Origin: Geosiphon pyriformis uo1
Taxonomy: Eukaryota; Fungi; Glomeromycota
Assembly (NCBI GenBank): GCA_016748015.1
Contig: JAAOMT010000697.1
Location: 1,135,336 to 1,199,151 of the forward strand
Length of the DNA: 63,816 bases
Direction of reading: 5' to 3'
Part shown: one piece after another, positions 14,401 through 28,841 of the stretch
Position numbering within the stretch: the first letter of the stretch is position 1
How the letters are laid out: the number at the start of each line of letters is the position of its first letter
Program-made: the position numbers and the translations under genes
Notes under the pieces: model-generated
The model's input: only the letters and a program-made list of their open reading frames with translations
What the model was told of the DNA's origin: nothing
Databases searched by the model: none

Positions 14401-15245
14401 CGATCAAAAATTTAAAAATTTATGAAAAAATCAGTAATTATTTCTTATACTTGTAAAATATTTTATTTTAAAAGTTAAATAAACTATTTAAAGTCAAATT
14501 TATTTTAAAAATAGTTTCTAAAATCCTGAAAATCTTTGTTTAGATTTTTCTTTAAGTTTGGCTAGTTGATGATTTTACTTCTATTACATGTAATTGGTTC
14601 AAGATTATCTTAAATATATCATCAAAATGAATATTCTCTTTCAACTATTAATGCGAGAATATTGATTGTTTAAATACTCAATTAACATTATAAAAAAGAT
14701 TTTATACTTTTCTAACTACTTCCTTGAATATTTAGCTCTTTTAATAATATTTTTGATCAATTAAAAAAAAATATGACTTTTTAATTGATTAGGAAGCCAA
14801 AAACCCAATCCCCTATTTCGGATTAGGTTTAATTATTTTGCTTTTAAATATTTAACAACAAAAAAACTTTTTACTCCAGAAAATTATTTGGTTACGAAAT
14901 AATCACTAAGAAATATAAAATTTATTAAACCGCTCAAGATTCTTTTAAATTGTTCTAAATTTAAGTATTATAAAAAATAAAAATAAATCTGAAATAAAAT
15001 TTCTAAAATTAAAGAGAGAATTTTTGTAGCCAATTGAATTACAAATCTTTGTTTTAACATTTAAAATATAATATTATAGATTTATTTAGCTAATAAATTA
15101 AGGACTTCTGTTTTATTATATCTTTAAGAGTTAAAAACTTAGGGAGATTTTAAGAGTAAATACATATAACTAGGATGGTATGATTGATTTTGTTGGGAAA
15201 AATAATATTCCATTTTTTATTAATTAAAACATAAATGATTATATT
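10980..15245 (+). repeat. Left arm of inverted segmental duplication
   Basis: Reverse complement matches 57828->51715, e.g. 14881-15245 vs 52080-51715 and 13400-13860 vs 55790-55547 plus 53310-53090. Confidence 0.9.
11129..13251 (+). pseudogene. Crinkler(CR)-type effector pseudogene: coiled-coil header + PD-(D/E)XK-like REase + protein kinase
   Basis: The Lys/Glu-rich exon 1 has stops. A REase-like segment reads KSDLLEYVKDVLVIK..KKAA..NLETAKEELIANFSKLNPLYFRNIQFLICF. Kinase remnants are GLKRLHQKDYVYCNIYLLNI (restorable to VHRDIRLPNI by transitions only), IDFKH (IDFEH) and SDMY*LGKLL. The start codon is ATG>ATA relative to the paralog at 35799. Confidence 0.8.
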
Positions 15246-16748
15246 GCCATACCATTCCTTTCACTCCGTGGCAAACAGGCATTATTATAAGAAAGTTGTA
15301 GAACTCCTAATTATCCAAATGTTAACTGTTGTGCTATTTTATGGTTTTTTTCTTTCTGAGTCACTTTTGACAAAAGTTTTTGGGTGTTTTTATTATATAA
15401 ATTATTTAATAATATGTACAAAATTTTTTATTTGAACAATATAAATATGTATTTTTTACAGTTATTAAAAATAAATTTTGGAGGAATTTAGCTTTTGGTA
15501 TCTTAAGAATTTTCAAAATTAAAAAATGCCTTATTTTAATGTGGAATTTGAAAAGAATGATCTGGTGACATCAATATTTTAATCCTGATTACTAATAAGG
15601 GATAAAATAAAACTGTTAATAATTTTTAAAAATTTAGTTGTTCACTTTATCATAATTATTAAATTTATTAATTAATATGAAGGGAAGAACAATTTATTCT
15701 GTCCATGCCTCAAATATTTTACAAAAGCAAGAGGTTCCAAGAATTTTCGAATTGCATAAAAGTAAAAGCTTATTGAAACGAGTTAAATATGATATGTTGC
15801 TTGAGAGTGTTTAGCATAATAAATTAGAGAGAAAGTAGTTAGGTATAAACGTCTATGAAACTTTTTCAAGTTCAACTAGCCTTCATATATCAATTACTAA
15901 TAAAAAAAGGTTTTGTTTGTTTGGTATTGCTATGTTTCAGAATCGGATGACATTTGAATTACACACATCTACTGTTTTAGTTTTCATTAACCTTAAAATT
16001 TAGACCTTTCTCAATTGAATCTAAGCAGCGTTCCACAAGTAAGTTCCAAGCCTAGTTTTTGCAATATTTAAATCATTCAAACATTTCAAGTAATAAAAAC
16101 TTTTGAAAGCTATAATTGATAAATTTAAGCTTTCGCCCTAGTAAAAAATGACTATTTAAAGCTTTTTGAGACAAAATTTATTATTAAGCCTAAATATATT
16201 TTTTACTAGGTTGTCATTTATTTTCATCATAATTTCCTAATACTTTTTGTTTTAAATTAAAATTTTACAGGCTTTTTAAAATATCATAAATTCATCAAGT
16301 TTATTTTTCAAGTAGATGCTTTTGTTTCATATTGTAACAAATATATTTCTAATTTTTTCTTTTTTTCTTAATATGATGGTTGCACCTTCAAATTAAGACT
16401 CGGAAAAATACTTTGTCAAAGTTTTTTTCAACTTTTCCGTTCTTATGGGCATTTTTATTTTTGTTAAGAATAAAATAAATATATAAGGCGCATAAAATAC
16501 AAATCAAACTGCTTCTAATTAAAAGATTTCTGAATTTGAATATTGATTACAAATTCCCAACAAAAAAATCATCAACATAGCTCATTATTATTTTTAGTTG
16601 AATTAAGAAGGAATTCTTTCTATCTAAACTATCCACAAAGTATTGATCTAGCTGCTATTATTTTGTTATGATATTTTTTTATTGGATAATAAATTATTCC
16701 CAATTTAAAAAATTTAAATAAGTGTGAAAATAACAGTCAAACTATTCA

Positions 16749-17623
16749 ATGAAATTTTTCAAAAAAGGCATTTACTTTATGAACTGCTTCAGAAATTCTT
16801 GTTTAAGAGATTGCCAAAGAACGGCACATTACACAAAAGCAGCGTATCATACTAAAGAATCTGAAGGCAAAATTTTGAAATATGAAAAAACCTCAATTCG
16901 CACTGATTGTCAGCCAGGTTCACTTTGAAAAAAGTGCAAAAGAAATTCGAAATTGAATTATTTATATATTAAAAGTGAACAATTTTATAATGAGCTCGCA
17001 AATTAGGCTATCTAGGTTCTTATAAACAAATAAAAACTAAATTAATGAATTAAAAAATTTAAGTGACAAAAAACAAGAAATAGAGTAGGAGATGCAAAAG
17101 GTTCAATAATATTACTGAACATGAGATCAGTAAGTTTCTAAAAAAAGCTCTTATTAATTTTATATTTCCAGATTTCAAATCTAAATTTAAATTAATTAAT
17201 AAATATCTAGTTTCGCTATGTTCCTGGCTTTAACTTATAAAAAAGATAATCCTGGAGGCTTAATTACTATTGTTACATTTGGTGCATCATGTTCTATTTT
17301 GATAAAAAATTCCCCAAATTTATTAAATAACAAATTATGCTGATTTTGCACCACATATTCTAGCAAATATAGATTTTTGAATGTAACAATTGCTAAGATA
17401 AATGGCCAGAAAAAAATTTCTTTCAAGTTTGGTTTCATTACAGTAAAAAATATTTGATTGGTACTTAAATTGGTTTTTTCTTATTTCAAGTTACAGAGCA
17501 AATCAAGCAACTAACCCAAAAAAAACTCTATTTTTTAAAAAAATGGCCTGCTTAAATCTTTAGATCAAAAAAAATGAAAACTTCAAGGCATATTGGTACA
17601 TATTTTAAGGAAGGAATGACATG
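16749..17623 (+). pseudogene. Class-3 lipase-like pseudogene
   Basis: AHYTKAAY N-terminal motif; ITEHEI|gtaagt (decayed TGHGIG elbow plus intron); FAMFLALTYK...ITIVTFGA; C-terminal HIGTYF. Many stops and frameshifts. Confidence 0.65.
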
Positions 17624-19552
17624 ATAACATGTGGCAACACACGTCATATTATAAAAATGCTTAGAAAAATAATAATTATGTTAAAAAATTGCCACAGGAT
17701 CAAAACTGAAAAGTAGTTTGAAAATAAATTTTATCGTAGAAATATAAAAAATTTATACGTGAATTATAAGATTTTTAATATAATGAATTTATTGTTTTGC
17801 CATCAAATACTTTTTGAAACAAGAGAGTATTTCGACTCTGAATTCTTATGAATTAAGATTTTGAATTTATGTTTAATTTCTATATTCTTTATTTGTGAAT
17901 ATTACAAATTATATTAAATTATATCATCAATAATATATTTAATCATTAATATATTAAAATATTTAGTCAAAAAATAAATCAGTTATAGATTATATTTTTG
18001 GTTTCAAAAATTTTAATATTCATATATTCATTATTTTTAATTAATTTACTACAGCTAATCGCAAAATATTTTGTTTAATATTTTCAGAAAAAATTTGTAA
18101 AATAATAATAATAAAATTATTATTAATTATAGATAATTTTGACGATCAACTTTTACAAACAACTATACCATAAAAAGTTAATAATAATTTAACCTTAGAA
18201 ATCTTGTATAATAAAATATTAATAACTTTTATCGAAAAAAACATTTTGGGAATTTCTAGATCACATTAACGAATGTGGTCCAACCATTACATATTACAAT
18301 ATAGTAGAAGCTAACTCTAAAATAAGCATAGTTTATGTTATTAACCAGTTAAAACTATATTATGTATTACTAATACCATAAACAACATCAAAGTCATTAA
18401 CAAAACAAACAAGAGCAAAGAAAAAATTAGATATAAGACTCAAACTTTTATCAAAACCAAAATTTAATAAAACATTCTGGCAGAATTATCTTTGAATACA
18501 AACATTTTAGAAAACACATAAAATAAATTATACATATTAACTACCACATATTTGTTATTTATAATCAAACTTCTTCTCTTATATTTACTTTTAACTTAAA
18601 ATTGGAAACCGGATTTTATCTCTGTAATGAAGTATTAAGTTATATACAAAACAAACAAAATTATAATACGCTTTCTTAACTAATTCACATTTTATTAGTT
18701 ATTCGTTTATTTTACTATATTAAATGTTTTATAAAAACAAGTCAGATAAGCCAAATAAATTTAATTTAAAGAAAAATTGCAGCATTTAATATATATTAAA
18801 AAAACAGAAATCTTTTTAATAATATATTGTTTTTGAAAATTGTATAGTTAAAATAAAAACTTTTTTAATACCCAGAATTTTTTATCTCTTGCATTATTTA
18901 TTTAAATATTGTTTGTTCTTTATAAGTTTTATGTAAAACCAATTACTTTTAAAGAAAAATAACATTATTTTTTCTAAATTAATTAACTGTAATTATATAT
19001 TGAAAAATCCTATTTGTTTTTAATTATAATCATATTTTTCCAAATTTGTATAAAATCAATTTGTTAACGTTTTTAATACTATTATAGATAAGATTATGTT
19101 TTTTTTGTTTTTTTAAAAATATTATAATTGTATTCAAATAAATATTTACAAATTGATTCGAATATTTTCAAAAAATATTATCTATTAGATTCTAATATAC
19201 TATAAAAACTTTATTAAATTTAATTTAAACTTTTTCTAACAAATACAAAAAACTATTTTTTATTTATTTTTAAACAAATTATGAGAATTTTGTAAGTTAA
19301 TTTTATTAAAAATTTAAACAAATTTTATTATCGAAGAGATTAAAAATTAAAAAAAATAAATATCAATTTTTAAAAAGATTTTTAATCATAATAATGCAAA
19401 AATAAATTTTGTTTATATTGTAAATCTGCTGGACGCACTCTACGTTTTCATTATAATATTTCATAATTTTACTTAAGAGCACAAAATTATCTTAAACTGC
19501 CAAAAATAAACAATTTGGATATAAATGCAGAAAATAACGAATTAGATCCAAA

Positions 19553-19641
19553 TACAGTCAAACCTGAGATAACCCATACTTTTGGTGGATACAAATTGCT
19601 ATGGGGTTATTACAGGTTATGGGTTTTCTCAGGTTTAAGTA
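19553..19641. mobile_element. pogo/Tigger-like terminal repeat or tiny MITE-like hairpin
   Basis: TA|CAGTCAAACCT start, the same as the TIR of the element at 25286-27505. aaacctgagataacccata pairs with tatgggttttctcaggttt (1 mismatch). Confidence 0.65.
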
Positions 19642-20619
19642 AATATAGTATACATATAATAAAAATAGATATAATAATATTAAAAAATAAATTTATTTGC
19701 CTATTCTTATAAGAATCTTTAAATAGCTCATGCAATATTAAAGAAACTAATTAATTATAATATAAAATAACTATTTATAGTATAAAAAAACAAAGCAACA
19801 ACAAAAATAACAAGTAATAGTTAATTATAATAATTAATTAAAAGCAATCTTGTAAAACTAAAAATATGTATAAAAATGAGTAGTTTTAGAAAAAAACAAA
19901 CAAACAGACAGACAAGAAAAACAAAATAAAAAATATTTTTTTTTACTCATATTTATTAGATCTATCTTATTTATATATCTAAATAAAAAAATATTCGAAA
20001 TTCCAAATTTACTCATACATAATTTATAAATTCTGTACTTAAAACTAAATTAATTGTTTTCTTATTTTTGTTTCTGGCCAGATACTCTTAACATAAAATT
20101 TCTTAAACAATAATGACTTGAATTAATTGCTCTTGATCATAATAATTAACAATACTAATTTTTTTATTTTTTATTTTTTTTATTTTTTATTTTTATTTTT
20201 CTATATTTTTTTGTGGAGCAACAATATTGTAAAATCAACTATCTGGAAATAAACTTTGTAATAGTCTGGTAAAAAAGGGAAGTTTCTCCTAAGATTGGAT
20301 ATTAATATTATCTTGTTAACTTACCAAAAGAGCAAAAAGACACCACCAAATCTTAGTAATTGTGTTCAATTAGCTCAAAAAAAATAGCTTATATATTTAA
20401 GTCACAAACAGCAAAACACTTTTTTGTGACTTATAATCAAAGAATTTTACAAGTAAAATTTTTTAAAAACTGATATCACTAATTCACTTTAAGTATTTAG
20501 AATAAAAAACTTCAAGCTTTTTATTATTCAATTTGGAATATTAAATATTATTACAACATTCTACCAAGTTTATTTGTAATATTGCATATTTTAATGTGCT
20601 ACAAACTAGTCCTTAAATA

Positions 20620-23600
20620 ATATTATTCTATTAAGTTATAAGCTTTATACATATTTATAAGACTAATTAAAACTTTTTATTTTTCTTTATAACATTTTTA
20701 ACAACTGACTTAATAGTAAAAATAAGAGATTAAGTTGAAGTATTCTTTAACATTAAAAAGTTATTATCATAAAAAACACCAAATTTGCTATATGTAAAGA
20801 AGATCTGATTAAAAAAAATTTTAAACAAAATCTTTTTTGTTATCTTAATTAATGCAATAAATTAAGTATTCATCAAAATATCATCTCATTTATAAGACTT
20901 AGAAATTATTAAAACTCATATCTTTTTTCAAGAAATTAGAACATCATCTGAAACCAAACAAAAATTCAACAAATTTAAAAAATACTTTAAAACAACTTCC
21001 TTATAATGCTTTCAAAGTTTATTTAGAATACCAAACAACTTGACAGTTTTATTACTAAGCAAATCATAAACCATCAAAATCAATTTATTCATGTTAATTT
21101 TTTTTATTATATCAGAAAATGCATCATTATTTACATAGTTCAAAGACAAATATTGACAAAACCAAAAATTAAGCATCTTCAAAGACAAAAACTTTTTTTT
21201 TGTCTATTTTTTTATAATTCATTAATTTTAAGTTTTATCTTATTAGGTTTTACAAGCAATTTTTCTTTAACAACCAAATGATCTAAAATAGCTTTGCAAA
21301 AAATTGTTTTAGAATACTTTTTATTATTTGTTTTTTGTCAAAGCAAAAACTTTCTATATGCTATTTAATAATCTTTTTAATTGTTATATTTTTTAATATT
21401 TTTGACTTATAATACTTAAATTTCTGATATTTTTTTATAACCACTTATAAATGTTTAATAATGTTTTTTGATCTTATATTATCTTAAACTATGTTGATTA
21501 CTTTAGAAGTCTCAATATAATTAATAGTCAACCAAGTTTCAACAAAATGCCCAAATTTTAAAAGATCTTCTGAATTCAACTTTTTAACAATTTTAGCAAT
21601 AAGCAGCTCTAATTTAAAAAATCTTGATAATTGTTTGTTTTTTAAACAATCATATTTACTATATTAATGTTTAAAAAACACTATATTGGTCGAATATATT
21701 ATGACTTTTCTTAATACTTTCTATATTGTTTTCTTAAATACATTTAATACTATCAACAGTTTAGTAAAAAAACACTTTTTAAATTTTATCTACTTAATCT
21801 TATCTTTATTTTTTATCTTAAACTTCCATCAATCTTTATTAATTGCTTATAAATATTATTAAAATAAACATTTAAAAAACTACTTAAATTAACTAAAACT
21901 GAAACTGTTTTGTGATTTATATTAAAAAACTTAGATACACTATCAACTTTATGATCTGTAACTGCAAAAATTAAGGTTTTATTTACAAACACAAAATCTA
22001 TTATTTTTTCAACACTTTTAGAATTGTTTTAAGTAGAGGTTTTAATCAATAAATATTTATTAAGTAAATTAACTAAATTCATATTCAAACAAAATTTGAA
22101 ACTTGTACTTTTTTTGGATTTATTTTTATTAAAATACTTGTCTAAAACTACAAAAATGCTGTTATTAACTGTTTTGACAATAAAAAAATTGATTTTTAAT
22201 TTTTGTCCAAATTTAGTTTTAGCAAAAGTACCAGTATACAACTTCAAAACTATAACTGAGAGCTTATTTTTAAACAAAAATCAAATTAAAATAATCTTGT
22301 CTGGAATTTTATTAACTTTTAAAACATAATAAACCAAAAAACTGTTATAATATTTATTATATTAACACCAAAAAACCTATATTTAAACCAGATATAAAAA
22401 TCCAGATTTTATCAAACTTATTTATAATCTATGACTTAATATTAGATCTTAATTTTGTTTTTATAATAAAAAAATTATGTTATTTAAGTCTACATATTAA
22501 TAAACAATATTATCTTATTTAGCAAAGACATTGATATTATGAATATTATATGTAGTTTTTTTTTTAAATCAGATTAATTATTGTTGAATAAAAATGTTTG
22601 AACCCAAACTTTTATTTTTTATTTTAGTCAACAGACTTATAAATATTTTTAACAAATTGTTTATATTGTTCTTTAATTTGAAAATAACTGACAAATTAAA
22701 AAATTCTACTCTTATAACAGTTTTATTATTAGTAATTATATTTAAACTCTTATTTATTATTGTATTTACTTCTTAATTCTGTAATAAAAAAATTATTAAT
22801 AGTTAATATTTAGGATTAAACTGAAATATCATTGGCCCAAGTGTGTTTAATCTTTTTGTTAACTTATTAACTTATTCTATAAAATTGATAAGACTGTATT
22901 TAAAAACAGCAATTTTTTTACTTATCTTTAATATAATCAGTAGAAAAGTTTTTTTTTTAAAGAGAAGCCGACTTTCAAGAAATTATTTCATACAAAAAAA
23001 AAATGAAGAACTACTAACAATTTAAATCCAAGTTTTACCAAAAAAGATTGGATTGACTATAGTAATCTGTTTTTTTTATATATGTTAGCCAAATATATTT
23101 AATTCTGGAATAAAACTGGTTTTTTTTTATAACTACTTAAATTTTTATTACTAAAATACATAATAAAAACATGATCAAATTGTTTATACTAAAAACAAAA
23201 GACTAATAATAGCCAATTCAGTACAAATTCACATTTTTAAACATTAAAATAGAACTAATAACAGTTTTTTTTAATGTTTTATCAGCAAAAAAAACAATTA
23301 CATACTGATTACATCCATATAAACTTGAATTATAACTAATAAAACAAGTTTTTTTATTATATAAAACCAATAAATTAGAAAAATTATGAATAATAGTATT
23401 AACTAGTAAGGTATATAGCAAAATTTAATGCTAATTCCTAAACATTTATGTTTGTTTATTATCAACAATTTAAATCATATACATAGAATTTTTATCCATA
23501 AAAATTAATTACTTAGCTAAAACCAAATTAACAATATTAGCAGACTTAAATTCTATTGAAGCCTTTTGCTAAAAACTAATAACCTGTATCTTAATTGACA

Positions 23601-24510
23601 CAATTTTACCAAATTTAGAAAAACTAATTTTATAACCAATTTAAAAAAATTAACTGAAATTTTCTTAATAATTATTTCTTAATTTTTATAATTGTTTATT
23701 TTTTTTACTTTATTATTTACTAAGATCTTTTCATTAATAGTCAATTTTTTAAATTTGTTCAAACTTAATTTAAATATAAAGAATAATTTAATAATTTTGG
23801 AGAATTTTGAGAAATTAAAAGCTTTTTTAAAACTATCAATATGATAAAAATTTTTTTACTGTTATTAACTTATCTCTAAAAGTTTTTTTATACATAACTG
23901 ATAGCTTAATATTAAATATAAAAAATTTAGTTAAATTAAAACTCTGTTTTTTTAAGGCACATAATTTAGTTGATGATAAATAATTGAATTTAGAAAACTT
24001 AGGAACCAGAAGTTTCAAAATTTTATTATTATTATCATTTAAATTATTAAAAAAAATCTTTTTTGGCTGACTGCTCAAAACATAAGTCTTGGTATATATC
24101 TTTTTAAGTATGATATTATCTATTTCTAAAGCATTCAAATTTATATAACTAGTTTTTTCTGTAATTGTATTTTTTATGTTTTCCACATTTGAGATTTTAT
24201 TAATACTACTTATTTTACTTATAACTTTGCTATCCAAAATTTAATAGGCTTAATATTATCAATACTTAGATTAATAAAACTAAAAAAACCAACAAATAAC
24301 TTAATTATACTAATTTTAACATTAGGCTTTTTTGGTTTTTTGTAGGAAGTACTATAAAAGTAAACACTCTTTATTTGTTTTTTTGTGTTAGAATAGGTCC
24401 CCAATTCAGCAAAACCAAAATTCGACTTATTAACAAAAAAACTTGCCAGTTTTATAGCCATAAACAAAGATAAGTTAAAAAAAATAACTGTAAAACTAAA
24501 TAGGAGAAAA
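20620..24510 (-). mobile_element. Decayed LINE (ORF1, AP endonuclease, N-terminal half of RT)
   Basis: ORF1-like start (24219-24467), endonuclease segment (22029-22277), and an RT segment at ~20880-20620 reading NT*FIALIKITKKILFKI..FGVFYDNNFLMLKNTST..NMYKAYN, homologous to VLQDMHKAYDSV at 31738. Confidence 0.85.
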
Positions 24511-25285
24511 AATAAAAAAATAATTTTTTTAGTATATCTTAATTCTTATTGCAACCAAAAAATCAACAAAAAAAAATTTTTTAAGTTTTTTGTATAATAA
24601 ACAAAAATTTAAGTAGTAATAATTAACAATATTTAGTATTAAATTTTTTTGGCATAATGATTGGTTTATTCTAGTATTTTTTATTTTTTTAATAAGTAAT
24701 TTAATTATTAATAACTTAATCTTATATTTATTTTTATATTTTTACCAACCAATTTTTAATCTTGTAATTTTAACACTTTTTTAAATAAATTAATAAATTA
24801 AATAATAACAAAACAAAAACAAAATAATAATAATACAAAAATAAATAAAAAAAAATTAATATTCTGTTAATAATTATAATTAAAAGTTATTGTTTTAATA
24901 TTATTAAATTTTTTAAATAAATACTATTAATATTGATTATTTTAATAAGTTTAATATTAAAAATAAGTAATTATTAATAAATAATTTAATTATAAATAAT
25001 AATTGTGTTTTTATTAAATAAAATCTTTGTTTTAAATACTAAATTTATTAACTTTTAAATTAAATAAATTAATAATTTAATGTTTTTTTTGTTTTTAAAA
25101 TTACTATTATAATATAAATTTTTATAATACAAAAATTTAAAATTTTAGATATTTTTATATATTTTTGAATTATTATTAAAATTTCTAACATTTTAAAATT
25201 TTTAAAATCTTTTTTGGTTTTTTAAAATTTTAATATTATATTATTTATTAACTTTTAATATTTGATTTGTTATTTATATTATATA

Positions 25286-27505
25286 TAGTCAGACCTCTAT
25301 AAAAAAACACAATTAGAACATGCAAATTATGTTCTATTTTAGAAGTAATTTATTATAAAGTTTTATAATTATTATCAAATAAACTATATTTATTTATTAA
25401 ATTAATCAATTATTATTATTATTATTATTATTATTATAATATTAATTAATTATTACCTGTTTTTTAGAATTTTTTTTTATTTTTTTATATTCATATAATT
25501 TTTTTCTAAGTAAATTTTGGTTTTTATACTAAAATTTTCTTTTGCTAATTGCTCTTTAAATCTAATTATCTTTTTTAATGCTTCATATGCTTCTGTAATT
25601 GTAATTATAGCAGATAGAAATTCTTTTGATTTTTTTTTTGAGTCATTAATTATATTGGTTTTAATTTAAACATTAGCTAAAACTATATCTACAATTTTAT
25701 TATCATTAAGAAAATTTTCAGTTGCCAATAATTTATCAACTGCTACAATATAATTTTCGAGATTTTTGACCAATTGTTATGCATTTGATGGTAAATTGTT
25801 GAATATATCCATAGCAATTAATGTTTCGGATTTTTAAATTTCTAATTCTTGATTATAGAAAAAAATATTTTTTTTTTGCCAACAGTTTTAAATTGTAACA
25901 GATGTTACTTGAAACCATGATTGAACAACATAATCAATTGCTTGTTTTATGTTTAATTTATTTTTAGTAAATAAATTAATATTAAATAAAATTATATAAT
26001 ATATAATAATAATAATACTATATATATTATATTACTTAATTGTTTAATATTAATTTTTTGTTCAAATTGATGTAAAATATGTTAATAATATAAGTGTTTA
26101 TATTTGTCTTTGAAAAATTTGATAATGCCAGCATCTATTGATTAAAAATGTGATATAGTATTTAGAAAAAAATAGTGCAAAATAATATTAGTTAATTGGA
26201 ATGAATCTTTCCTGATTTAAATATGATAAGAAGTTACATTATCAACCAAAAATAATATATGCCAATTTTGAATTCAAAAGCCATTATTTATATATTTGAG
26301 CCATGCTTTTCATATATTTGAGTGTATCTATGCTTTGGAATTGAATTTGTAAATCACAAATGAGTTGAAAGTATTAATTTTTTTTGGATTTTTTGCATGT
26401 TTAATTACTAAAGATTGCAATTTATAAGATTTAGTTGAATTTATAGCAAAAAAATTGTAATCCAAGATTTATTTTATAAAAAACCCAATTAATTTAATAT
26501 AACAATAATATATAATAATAATAATTAATAAATATAATATACCAATTTTTTCCTTGTATTTTAATATTTCACAAGTGTTTGATTTGGTTCTATATGAAAA
26601 AATAATTCTGTTTTATCAGCATTATATATGTCAGCAAAATCAAATTCAGATATAATAGTTGTTAATTTTTTTTGTTCTTTTAATAAACTTTTAGTTAATA
26701 CATTTTTTGTTTTACTATAAAATCAGTAAACACATAACTGGTTTTGTTTTTTGAATTTTTAAACCCATCTATTTGAGAATTGCATTTCATTTTTGTGCAT
26801 ACCAAGAAGTTTAGCAAATTTTTTTTCTTTTTCTTTAATTAGTTGATCATTGAATTTGATAGTAGCTGTAGTTACTTGTTCTATTCAATAATTTAAAGCT
26901 TGGTTTAATAATAGAAATTTAATGCTTTTGTGTCAAATAGATCTTTCTGAGATTTCATTAATTTCAATATTTAACTATTATATATGCTCTTTGAATATTT
27001 ATAATTGAAGTAAACTACAATATTATCATGTTTTGTGTCATAATAATTTTTAGAATATTGACAAATTTCTTTATAAAGAGCATCATTAATTGTTATTTGT
27101 TTTTATTTTTTGAATAATGGTTCTGACATTGTAATAATTTAACAAGTCTGTTAGAAAATGTGCTTATAACAATAATATTAGATTTGGTTTTAGCAAGTTT
27201 AAATAAAGACTAAGTAGCTGTATGTAAAAACAGACAAGATCAAAAAGAGTAAATTGATTTAAAAAAAAGTTAAAATAAAATCAATTCAATATGTTTCTAA
27301 TTACCAATTAATATTTAGCATATGATATTTGTTTTTATATAAAGAAAAATTTCGAATAAATGTTTAATAAAATTATGTTCTTGTTTCTTTGTAGATTATT
27401 TTTATATAAAGAAAAAATTGTTAATTAATCAATTAGTTCTATAAAAAAATGTTTTTTATAAGAGGTTGTTTTTTTATTGAGGGTTTTATTATAGAGGTTT
27501 GACTG
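25286..27505 (-). mobile_element. pogo/Tigger (Tc1-mariner superfamily) DNA transposon, full length, decayed
   Basis: TA-flanked TIRs: tagtcagacctctataaaaaaac (25286) and gttttattatagaggtttgactg (27505). Internal transposase remnants. Confidence 0.9.
25460..27129 (-). pseudogene. pogo/Tigger DDE_1 (CENP-B-like) transposase pseudogene
   Basis: Start MSEPL..TINDAL.KEICQY. Catalytic-motif remnants DIYNADKTELF (DETGLF), ILFLVDNVTS, and NTISHF*SIDAGIIKFFK (NTT..LQP.DAGII). 3' end approximate. Confidence 0.85.
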
Positions 27506-27734
27506 TATTATTATTTTTATATTATTTATTATAAAATTAATTAAATCTAAATTAAAACATTTTTTAAAATTAATACTTTTTTTAAATTTATTTTTATTAA
27601 AATTGTCATCTAAAATAACAAAAAAAATTTATTTATCTAAGTCAATTATATATTTTAAAAAATATTAATATCTAATCTTAAAACAGTAACAAAAAAATTA
27701 TATTTAAATAGCAATTATTAATTAATTAATTAAT

Positions 27735-28600
27735 TTATTTATTTTTATTTTATAAGTGAAGTTCAATTACTATCTAATACAATACAACTATCTAAAGTTC
27801 TAAATTAAATGTGATTTACATATTTGCTACATATAACCAGCCACTTAGCCAATCAAAACAACATTACATAACTATGTCAATTGAAACATCTTTAACTATA
27901 CCAGCAAAAAACAAATAACTAACTTTCGAGCCAATTTATTTTTAAAATCTTATATATATATTTAATTAAATTATTGTTTACAATAATTATAATACCAAAT
28001 TTTAAATAACTAAAATTCAAATTAAAACAAAAACTTTAATTTTTTTAAATTTATTTATAATTTAAAATTTAATTTAGTCTTTATATTTATAATAATTAAC
28101 TTTTAATTATCTTTATATTATTTATTAATATTAATTTACTTAACAATATTTTTTATATTTTTAATATTGTATATAATAATTTTTTAAATTAAATTAATTA
28201 TTAAAAAAAAACTATTTATTAAGTTTTAATAACACAATATTAAAAATCTGAAAGTTTAGTCAATTTAACTTTAAGATATTTTAACTTAAATATTATAAAA
28301 ACAGAAATACCAAAGTTTATAAACAATATATTAATAGTTTTTTTAAAAATATTGTTTAAAATTATATTAAAATTAAAAATTAATATTAAAAAAAGCTGTA
28401 AATTAAAAAAAAACAACAAATAAATATATAATATCTAACTTAAAAAATATTAATAAGATTTAATTAAACAAAAGCTTAATATATTTTAAAGAATTTATTT
28501 AGAATTTATTAATAAAAAGATAAATTAAAAAAACATTAAATAAAATATATTATAACCAAAAATTTGGCCAAAAACAACTATTTAAATTTAAAATTTACTA
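27735..28600 (-). mobile_element. Decayed, internally deleted LINE fragment with conserved 3' end
   Basis: 27756-27870 matches the LINE 3' end at 28883-29000. 27960-28060 matches the endonuclease segment at 8560-8660. Confidence 0.55.
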
Positions 28601-28841
28601 TTAAAAATAATTATATAAAAGATAAAAACATTTTTTTTGACATAAAAATTAATAAAATAAGACTAATTAATTTTAAAAAACATATATTTTTAAAATTTTT
28701 TAAAAATTTTTTTAAATAAATTATATTTTAATTCAAAATATTCAAAATATTTATAAGTTTTATATTAAACTAAATTTAATTTAATTCATTAAAAATTAAT
28801 TTTTACTAAAAACACAAATATAATTTTAAAATAAATAATTA

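Noticed and set aside
18280-18500. Possible short LINE 3' fragment on minus strand
   Set aside because: Only faint resemblance to the other 3' ends; too weak to call.
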